Positions 58,162-64,000 of a stretch of DNA of 64,000 nucleotides are shown piece after piece. Source of the DNA: an uncultured Gammaproteobacteria bacterium (GTDB lineage: Bacteria > Patescibacteriota > Patescibacteriia > UBA11705 > JABHMO01). The stretch covers positions 7,133 through 71,132 of the forward strand of contig CAZMEQ010000002.1 in assembly GCA_964565345.1 (NCBI GenBank), given 5' to 3'. Position 1 is the stretch's first letter, and the number at the start of each line of letters is the position of its first letter. The notes below the pieces were generated by a model, which had not been told where the DNA came from, did no database searches, and saw only the letters and a list, made by a program, of their open reading frames with translations. Position numbers and translations under genes: made by a program.

Positions 58162-58775
58162 TTTATTAAAAATTCTTTTATTTTTTGTTTGGATTCAACC
58201 ATTTGCTTCTTGAGTTTTTCTGGTGTTTCGTTGTAAAAAGTATAAACGAAAGGCAAATTAATGTTTTTATGTAAGGGTTTTCGTTTAAAATAATTTTCGA
58301 TGGCTTCCGGACCACGGTACTTTCTTTTTTTATTATCTACTGCGAGCCTCGCCAAAATAATTTTCTCTGACACCTCTATTTTTATCCAAACCAGTGGAAT
58401 TCTGTACTTTTTACTTTTGGCTAACAACCCTTTAATAATTTCCGGCCGTGCGCAGTCAGCGTCAATGGCCACGCCGATTTTTTGCTTTATTAATCTACTA
58501 ATGACGGTTTCCATTACTTCGGCTGCCAGCTCAGTATTATAACCAAGCTTATTCAAATATGCACGCATCTCATCTGCGGAACCTCTAACTAAACCAAAAT
58601 GACGTGCTAGTTTCTTGACAATTGTGGTTTTTCCAGAACCGATTAAACCAATAGGGCAAATTAAACAATAATTCTTTGTTGGACGATCAAGTTTTTTCAA
58701 CTGAATAAAGCTCTTGGCTACTTGTTCAAATTTACTCGCAGACAACTTCTCGTCTTGTTTTTTAAATTGAGCCAT
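58146..58775 (-). CDS. P-loop NTPase, nucleotide/nucleoside-kinase-like
   Basis: Walker A GLIGSGKTT. 209 aa. No further diagnostic motif recognised. Confidence 0.4.
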   Translation of the reverse strand: MAQFKKQDEKLSASKFEQVAKSFIQLKKLDRPTKNYCLICPIGLIGSGKTTIVKKLARHFGLVRGSADEMRAYLNKLGYNTELAAEVMETVISRLIKQKIGVAIDADCARPEIIKGLLAKSKKYRIPLVWIKIEVSEKIILARLAVDNKKRKYRGPEAIENYFKRKPLHKNINLPFVYTFYNETPEKLKKQMVESKQKIKEFLIKCRTK

Positions 58776-58776
58776 A

Positions 58777-59082
58777 TTATTTAATCGGAAGCTTCAATTG
58801 TTCGCCCACTAATTTTTTTGTTATTTTTAAACCCTTATCGGTTAATTTTATTTCGGTGATAAACCACTTATGCGGAGTTCTTAGCCCATAACCAACCAAG
58901 AATTCACGATCAATGAGGCTCTCGATGCTTTGAGTAATAATCTTCGCTCGCAATTCTTTTTTTGATTTGGCATCTTGCTGATAAAAATCTAAAAGTTCCT
59001 CCCTATCAAGCCGATATCCTTTGACATTAAAGCACTGTCGCAAGATATATTTTTGTAAATTGGAGAGCCTCATAATCGTCAA
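58777..59082 (-). CDS. Hypothetical small protein
   Basis: 101-aa ORF in the operon. No recognised motif. Confidence 0.35.
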   Translation of the reverse strand: MTIMRLSNLQKYILRQCFNVKGYRLDREELLDFYQQDAKSKKELRAKIITQSIESLIDREFLVGYGLRTPHKWFITEIKLTDKGLKITKKLVGEQLKLPIK

Positions 59083-59100
59083 ATTATGAAGACTATATTT

Positions 59101-60441
59101 TTAGCCTTTATTTAATGTTTCATCAATTCTAGTACGATCGCGTGGGAATAGAGTGGCCTTCTTGATATTATCAAGTCCTAATAATTGCCAAGTAACACGC
59201 TCCAAACCCATGCCAATTCCACCTTCAGGTGGCATGCCATATTTAAACGCTTGTAAATAATAGGCATAACCTTCTGGTTTTAAGCCGAATTTGATCATGT
59301 TGTTAACTAACTTTTCGTATTCATTGATACGCTGGCCACCAGTGACAATTTCTGTACCACGGAACAAGACATCAAAACTGCCAGTGAACCCTGGATCGGC
59401 TGGATCTTCATAAGTATACATTGGTCGTTTAGAAACTGGGTAGTGTGTAATGACTAAAAAATCTGAGTTCCACTTTTTCTTAGCGTATTCGCAAATTTGT
59501 CGTTCTTGATGCGGTTCTAAATCTGGTTCATTTAAACAGCCTTTTTCATTATACTCATCTTCAAGAATTTTTTGAGCTTCTTTTAACTTCATTTGTGGTA
59601 CGGGATGGACAAATTCTGGTAATTGAACGTTCAAAAGTTTAACTTCTTCTGGGCAAGCTTCACGAACACTGGCAATCATGGCCTCCAGAGTGCCGTAAAC
59701 CATTTCCATTACATCTTTGTAGCTGTTTATGTAACCCATTTCAAAGTCCAAACTTGTATATTCATTAATGTGACGATTGGTGTCGTGTTCTTCGGCGCGA
59801 TAAACATTCCCAGTTGTAAAAACTCTTTCGTAAATTCCAACCATTATTTGTTTATAAAACTGAGGGCTCTGGCCTAAGTACGCTTTGTTACCAAAATAGT
59901 CGATAGTAAAAACATTAGCACCGCCCTCAGTGGCACCAGCCACAATTTTTGGTGATTGAAACTCAGTAAAATCATTAGCTGTTAAATGTTTTCTAAATCC
60001 TTGAACCAAAGCGGCTTGAATTTTGAAAATAGCTCTTTGTTTATCAGCTCTTAAGTTGAACGGCATGTTGTCGAGATATGCATCCATGTGTAATTCCGCG
60101 TCTAAATCGTAAGGTAAGGTTTCAGCGGCCGCTAAAATCTTTATTTCCTTTGCCAAAACTTCCACATTACCAGTGGCTTGATTAGGATTCTTTTGTTTTT
60201 CTCCACGTTCATTTACAATACCGCGAATTTCTAAAACATATTCAGGTCGTAATTCTGGCAAAACGTTTTTTGACGCTTCATCTAACTCTGCTGGCACCAT
60301 AACCACTTGGACCAAACCACTGCGGTCGCGCATATCACAAAAAACAATCTTGCCCATGTTACGGCGGGCGTTAATCCAACCTTTTATGGTTATCTCTTTC
60401 CCTATTTTTTCTGTAGTTTCACGATTTAATGTTCTTTCCAT
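59101..60441 (-). CDS. aspS: Aspartate--tRNA ligase, archaeal/eukaryotic-type class IIb (possibly non-discriminating)
   Basis: Short (446 aa) class IIb enzyme. Motif 2 YRAEEHDTNRHINEYTSLDFEMGYI. Motif 3 GGIGMGLERVTWQLLG. OB-fold N-terminus. Distinct from the adjacent AsnRS. Confidence 0.7.
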   Translation of the reverse strand: MERTLNRETTEKIGKEITIKGWINARRNMGKIVFCDMRDRSGLVQVVMVPAELDEASKNVLPELRPEYVLEIRGIVNERGEKQKNPNQATGNVEVLAKEIKILAAAETLPYDLDAELHMDAYLDNMPFNLRADKQRAIFKIQAALVQGFRKHLTANDFTEFQSPKIVAGATEGGANVFTIDYFGNKAYLGQSPQFYKQIMVGIYERVFTTGNVYRAEEHDTNRHINEYTSLDFEMGYINSYKDVMEMVYGTLEAMIASVREACPEEVKLLNVQLPEFVHPVPQMKLKEAQKILEDEYNEKGCLNEPDLEPHQERQICEYAKKKWNSDFLVITHYPVSKRPMYTYEDPADPGFTGSFDVLFRGTEIVTGGQRINEYEKLVNNMIKFGLKPEGYAYYLQAFKYGMPPEGGIGMGLERVTWQLLGLDNIKKATLFPRDRTRIDETLNKG

Positions 60442-60445
60442 ATGT

Positions 60446-60516
60446 AGAAAGTAACGAGTAATTAGTAACGAGTAACGAGCTTTACTGGTTACTGGTTACT
60501 GGCCCCTGGTTACTAA
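60446..60516. repeat. Short GTAAC/GTTAC-rich palindromic repeat element (copy B) between aspS and asnS
   Basis: agtaacgagtaattagtaacgagtaacgag ctttactggttactggttactgg cccctggttactaa. The two arms are near reverse complements with an 8-nt periodicity of GTAAC. It matches the copy at 9600-9700. Confidence 0.55.
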
Positions 60517-60517
60517 T

Positions 60518-61819
60518 TTAAGGATAAATTCTATTAATCATACGTGGGAATGGAATAGTTTCGCGGACATGCTGCACACCACACATCCAACCAACCAAAC
60601 GTTCCAATCCAATTCCGAAGCCCGAATGAGGTACACTGCCGTATTTGCGCAATTCCAGATACCAAGTGAACGCCTCTTCGGGCAGCTTATCATCGACGAT
60701 ACGCTTTTTCATGGTAGCATAATCATCTTCACGCTCAGATCCACCAATAACTTCGCCATGGCCCTCGGGAGCAATCATGTCAGCGCATAAAGCTAGATCA
60801 CCTTCGCGCTTCATGTAGAAGGCCTTGATATCAGCCGGCCACTTTTCAATAAATAATGGCTTATCAAACTTGCTCATGATCAAAGTCTCGTCATCATTAC
60901 CTAAATCTTCCCCGTCTTTGATATCGGACCCTAATTCTTGCAACATTTTTATTGCTTCTTTATAAGTTAAACGATTGAACGGAGCTTTAATTTTTTCTAA
61001 AGCCGTTTTATCGCGTTCTAAAATGTCTAATTCTTTTTGATTAATTTCTAAAACTTTTTTAGCTACGTGCGCAATTAAATTTTCTTGCACTTCTAAATTC
61101 ATTTTATGATCATAAAAAGCCATTTCTGCATCCATCATCCAGAATTCAGTTAAATGTCTCTTGGTTTTTGATTTTTCGGCGCGGAAAACTGGGCCAAAGT
61201 CAAAAACTTTTCCGAACGAAGCGATCGCTGCTTCGATGTATAATTGTCCGCTTTGTGAAAGATAAGCCTTACCTTCGTCAAAATATTTCATTTCGAATAA
61301 TTCAGTTGTTCCTTCGCAAGCAGCGGGTGTTAAAATTGGTGAATCAATTTTAATAAAACCTTCGTTATTCAAAAATTCATAAATCGCATTAATAACTGTG
61401 TTGCGCACACGTTGGATTGCCCATTGTTTGGGTGAGCGTAACCATAAATGTCTATTTTCAAGTAAGAAATCCGGGCCATGTTCTTTTTTACCAATCGGAT
61501 AATCTTCAGCGCGTTGAAAAAATCTTAAGGACTTAACTTGAACTTCATATTCATCTAATTTGGGGTGTTTAGAAACAGTACCCACAATTTCAACTGTACT
61601 TTCTAAGGTCATTTCTTCCATAACTTTCCATGTCTCAGCATCGACGGCTGGTTGACTAACGATGCACTGAGCAAAGCCAGAGCCATCGCGCAATTGAAGG
61701 AAACCAATCTTGCCCGAAGAACGAAAATTATAAACCCAACCCTTTAACAAAACTTCTTTGTCTAAATTTGCTTTAAGATCTTTAATGTATGTTTGTCCCA
61801 TAGAATTATTATTGTTCAA
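60518..61819 (-). CDS. asnS: Asparagine--tRNA ligase
   Basis: FRAEKSKTKRHLTEFWMMDAEMAF matches AsnRS motif 2 ([21 protein letters not shown]). GFGIGLERLVGWM motif 3. Confidence 0.85.
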   Translation of the reverse strand: MNNNNSMGQTYIKDLKANLDKEVLLKGWVYNFRSSGKIGFLQLRDGSGFAQCIVSQPAVDAETWKVMEEMTLESTVEIVGTVSKHPKLDEYEVQVKSLRFFQRAEDYPIGKKEHGPDFLLENRHLWLRSPKQWAIQRVRNTVINAIYEFLNNEGFIKIDSPILTPAACEGTTELFEMKYFDEGKAYLSQSGQLYIEAAIASFGKVFDFGPVFRAEKSKTKRHLTEFWMMDAEMAFYDHKMNLEVQENLIAHVAKKVLEINQKELDILERDKTALEKIKAPFNRLTYKEAIKMLQELGSDIKDGEDLGNDDETLIMSKFDKPLFIEKWPADIKAFYMKREGDLALCADMIAPEGHGEVIGGSEREDDYATMKKRIVDDKLPEEAFTWYLELRKYGSVPHSGFGIGLERLVGWMCGVQHVRETIPFPRMINRIYP

Positions 61820-61879
61820 TGGTTAAATTATAGCTTAATTACGTGTTTCTGTAAATCTGTTTTGGAGTAAAAATCCATC

Positions 61880-61912
61880 AAAAAAGCCCCTTTGGCGGGG
61901 CTTAATTTTATT
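61880..61912. terminator. GC-stem hairpin with flanking A-runs and T-runs (terminator-like) in the AT-rich spacer before cassette 3
   Basis: aaaaaagcccctttggcggggcttaatttta. Confidence 0.35.
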
Positions 61913-62067
61913 ATTTTATTTTAACAAAATTAGAACCCGCAAATAGGGCTGTCATTGTTATTATCCAAGGTGGTAATGCGAATCGATTGCATATAAATAT
62001 ATCTTTTCATATCTAATTTAATTTGACAATATCCTTTGACAAAATTAACCGATAAGGTTATCATTAA

Positions 62068-62979
62068 ATGTCCCGAGTGAGGACAAGATCAACCATTTCG
62101 GACACTCGAATGCTAAGTGAATGGGTCCTTCCTGGTGGACTGTACTACCCCGCTTCAACCTGCGTCTTGGGCGTTGCTATTGCACTGCATGGTGCGCACA
62201 AGAAGAATGAGTTCGGCCTCGGGCTGGGAGTAGGAATCGTCCTCTTGTCGATTTCCACCATACTCATGCTCTCTCCCTCCGTACAGGCTGCATCGGAAAT
62301 CCCCTCCTGCCCGACCTGCTTCATGGTTCCGGGCGAGAAGACCAAGCCCAAGAGCGTCCTGACCACGTCCGAAGTCAATGCCACAAAGACGCCCCAGGCC
62401 TATCCGCAGACCTACTTCGTCGGCCACTACCAGGTCGCGGTGGAACTCTACGAAAACGGCACCACGGCCGTCAGCGGAGAGCTCTACAAGCTCACCATCC
62501 TATCGTACGACGGGCGGATCCAACACGCACAGTTCGTGAATGTCGACCCCACGGTCAAATCCAGCACCGAACCGAACTGCTGGATCATCATGACCAACGA
62601 CTTCCGCGAACTGGAGGGCCTGAGCTTCCACGACGGCCCCCTGGTACCAATGTCCATCTGCTACCAGGAGGGACGCTTCAAGGACGATTCCGAGAGTGAG
62701 CTCTTCCGCTACTTCTCGGATCGCAAGGCCGACATCCTCCAATTGACCCGCGACTGCCGGGCCAAGCAGAGCTGCCTCCTGGACCGCGAAACCACGGCCC
62801 TCATCGTCGAGCTCTTCATCGCCAAGGCGTACCTCGAGCTGTCGGGCTTCAAGCCCGCCCTGCCCGAGAACTGGCACTGCGGGATGTCGCTCGACGAGCA
62901 ACGCCTCCTGGAGATGCGAATCCTGAATCGAATCAAGACGCGTCTCATCGACCACGTGATCCACAAGTCACGTCCGTAG
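62068..62979 (+). CDS. GC-rich foreign-looking gene. Hypothetical membrane-anchored protein with an extracytoplasmic Cys-containing domain. Paralog of the 63115-63816 product.
   Basis: Hydrophobic helices (LGVAIALHG, GLGLGVGIVLLSISTILML). CPTCF. NCWIIMTNDFRELEGLSFHDGPLVPMSICYQ aligns with WCVLVEDTADFYGMAELPMSAGPSVPMVMCLD of the next gene. TTGACA-17-TATCAT lies only 3 nt before the first ATG, so the start may instead be MLSEWV at 62107. Confidence 0.55.
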   Translation: MSRVRTRSTISDTRMLSEWVLPGGLYYPASTCVLGVAIALHGAHKKNEFGLGLGVGIVLLSISTILMLSPSVQAASEIPSCPTCFMVPGEKTKPKSVLTTSEVNATKTPQAYPQTYFVGHYQVAVELYENGTTAVSGELYKLTILSYDGRIQHAQFVNVDPTVKSSTEPNCWIIMTNDFRELEGLSFHDGPLVPMSICYQEGRFKDDSESELFRYFSDRKADILQLTRDCRAKQSCLLDRETTALIVELFIAKAYLELSGFKPALPENWHCGMSLDEQRLLEMRILNRIKTRLIDHVIHKSRP

Positions 62980-62985
62980 CCCTAC

Positions 62986-63023
62986 ACCCCCCCTCCTTTC
63001 CTCTGATCGGAGGGGTGTTTTTA
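62986..63023 (+). terminator. Intrinsic terminator after cassette 3
   Basis: cccccctcctttcctctgatcggaggggtgttttta. Stem cccctcc/ggagggg followed by a T-run. Confidence 0.5.
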
Positions 63024-63056
63024 TACGCAAATTTACCTAAATTTAGGCAAAAACTA

Positions 63057-63085
63057 TTGACATTACCTGTGTTTTATGATATCAT
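63057..63085 (+). promoter_or_regulatory. Sigma70-like promoter (TTGACA, 17 nt, TATCAT) for cassette 4, preceded by the palindrome CCTAAATTTAGG at 63036-63047
   Basis: ttgacattacctgtgttttatgatatcat read directly. Confidence 0.5.
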
Positions 63086-63114
63086 ATAAGCAACCAACTG
63101 CCTTAGGGCACATC

Positions 63115-63816
63115 ATGTTCGACCTGAACAAGATCGTCCGTCGCGTCGCGCTCGAGAACCTCCTGAAGATCGTGCTGCTCGTGGCGGCGCTGATCCTCGT
63201 CATCTTCCGCCTCTCCGGGGAGCTCCAGGCCCAGCCCCGCCCCACGATCGAAGCTGCCGAGTACGCCACCACCTGCTACGAGGACAACCAGTTCCATGTG
63301 CGCAGCACCCCGTCCTGCGGCGCCTCGCACTGCACGTACTTCATCGAGATCTCGAACCGCAAGAACGATGAAGTCCTCATGTTCTTCTGGGCCGACTCGC
63401 CGTTCGTGCAGGTTCTCTCGCCCTGGTGCGTGCTGGTCGAAGACACCGCCGACTTCTACGGCATGGCCGAGCTCCCCATGAGCGCCGGCCCCAGCGTCCC
63501 CATGGTCATGTGTCTCGACAAGCACAGCCGGTGGTACGAAGCCCCCCAGATGGCCATCTACACCTTCCGCTCACGCCTGCGCGAGCTCCTGCCCACCATC
63601 AACAACGGTTCGGGCCAGGACCTGAAGGTCGCCATCGTCGAAGCCCTGGCGCTGCAGGAGATCCTGCTTCGTGCCGGGCAGAGCAGCAACCTGCCGAACC
63701 TCGAGCAGGCGCTCCGTCTCGCCGCCGCTCGCGCCAAGCTCTCCTACTCGCTCATCGAGATGGAGGTCAAGGAACGTTGTGACCGGCGCCTCCAGTTCCG
63801 CGGGCTCTCCAAGTAG
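63115..63816 (+). CDS. GC-rich foreign-looking gene. Hypothetical N-terminally TM-anchored protein with an extracytoplasmic Cys-containing domain. Paralog of the 62068-62979 product.
   Basis: TM LLKIVLLVAALILVIF. Conserved block PWCVLVEDTADFYGMAELPMSAGPSVPMVMCLDKH shared with the upstream gene. The ORF-track start at 63076 lies inside the AT-rich promoter. The composition switch and MFDLNK mark the real start. Confidence 0.55.
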   Translation: MFDLNKIVRRVALENLLKIVLLVAALILVIFRLSGELQAQPRPTIEAAEYATTCYEDNQFHVRSTPSCGASHCTYFIEISNRKNDEVLMFFWADSPFVQVLSPWCVLVEDTADFYGMAELPMSAGPSVPMVMCLDKHSRWYEAPQMAIYTFRSRLRELLPTINNGSGQDLKVAIVEALALQEILLRAGQSSNLPNLEQALRLAAARAKLSYSLIEMEVKERCDRRLQFRGLSK

Positions 63817-63837
63817 ACCCGCACACCTGCTACGCAG

Positions 63838-63876
63838 CTCCCTACCTTTCCGCGGATCGGTAGGGAGTTTTCTTTT
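63838..63876 (+). terminator. Intrinsic terminator after cassette 4
   Basis: ctccctacctttccgcggatcggtagggagttttctttt. Confidence 0.55.
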
Positions 63877-63883
63877 ATTCCAA

Positions 63884-63912
63884 TTGACAAAAAGACCCTA
63901 TCAAGTTAAACT
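63884..63912 (+). promoter_or_regulatory. Sigma70-like promoter (TTGACA, 17 nt, TAAACT) for cassette 5
   Basis: ttgacaaaaagaccctatcaagttaaact. It is followed by the inverted repeat at 63917-63935 and SD GGGGAGG at 63944-63950. Confidence 0.45.
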
Positions 63913-63916
63913 CCTT

Positions 63917-63935
63917 TGATGCCATGACGGCATCA
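63917..63935. promoter_or_regulatory. Operator-like inverted repeat TGATGCC-atgac-GGCATCA between promoter and SD of cassette 5
   Basis: Perfect 7-bp arms separated by 5 nt, positioned at the expected transcription start region. Confidence 0.4.
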
Positions 63936-63957
63936 CGAATTCTGGGGAGGATACACC

Positions 63958-64000
63958 ATGCCCGAACAGACCACTCCCTGTGGCCGCGTCGTGACCACCA
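63958..64000 (+). CDS. Start of a fifth GC-rich gene (MPEQTTPCGRVVTT...), truncated by the window end
   Basis: ATG 8 nt after GGGGAGG. GC-rich codons. It continues beyond the window. Confidence 0.4.
   Translation, partial: MPEQTTPCGRVVTT

Noticed and set aside
62145-63919. Minus-strand and alternative-frame ORFs inside cassettes 3 and 4 (62145-62384, 62155-62427, 62500-62964, 62709-62966, 63103-63525, 63296-63481, 63426-63782, 63671-63919)
   Set aside because: They are shadow frames of GC-rich genes. The chosen frames are those continuous with the promoter and SD and containing TM helices and the shared paralog block.
48255-64000. Classical integrative mobile element (prophage, ICE or IS) accounting for the GC-rich genes
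   Set aside because: No integrase, recombinase, transposase, inverted terminal repeats or tRNA-end direct repeats are visible. The cassettes are dispersed between intact host genes and therefore remain unexplained rather than being called a mobile element.

Overview
This 64-kb window comes from a small, AT-rich bacterial genome. From gene content I infer, but cannot prove, a Candidate Phyla Radiation (Patescibacteria) type organism. The inference rests on streamlined housekeeping operons and no biosynthesis genes, on giant Cys-rich surface proteins that begin with a pilin-like two-helix hydrophobic hairpin, on an archaeal-type AspRS and on many DxDxDG calcium-binding motifs. Most native genes are on the minus strand in the first half of the window and on the plus strand from about 34 to 48 kb. 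Native genes include ksgA, a UDP-sugar epimerase, a four-helix-bundle (Avd-like) protein and an operon of prfB, htrA, nrdG and a split nrdD. They also include ftsA and ftsZ, ybeY and dgkA, two giant surface-protein genes (3780 aa and 717 aa), yqeY, rpsU, hisS, lepB, an LCP protein, der, pth, dprA, a Mur-ligase/FolC-like gene and topA. Further native genes are two tandem RelA/SpoT paralogs, a thrombospondin-type-1-repeat secreted protein, parA and parB, three tRNAs, a metallophosphoesterase, a GT4 glycosyltransferase, a DD-carboxypeptidase, scpA and scpB, aspS and asnS. The most striking structure is a set of five strongly GC-rich ORF cassettes (48384-50059, 52622-53488, 62068-62979, 63115-63816 and 63958 to the window end). 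Each sits between an AT-rich consensus-like sigma70 promoter with a Shine-Dalgarno site and an intrinsic terminator. The base-composition switch falls almost exactly at the start and stop codons. One cassette encodes an SPFH/band-7 protein with a NfeD-like partner. One encodes a coiled-coil protein wedged between tRNA genes. Two encode divergent paralogous membrane-anchored Cys-containing proteins. The fifth is preceded by a palindromic operator-like site. None of them has an integrase or transposase nearby. Other notable points are an nrdD gene whose glycyl-radical domain is separated from the catalytic body by a copy of a short GTAAC-rich palindromic repeat, with a second copy between aspS and asnS. 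There is also a roughly 180-bp tandem 8-9-nt T-rich repeat array, a pilin-like domain shared by three large secreted proteins, and a HisRS with a zinc-ribbon-like insertion. All calls rest on motif recognition by eye. No searches were run.
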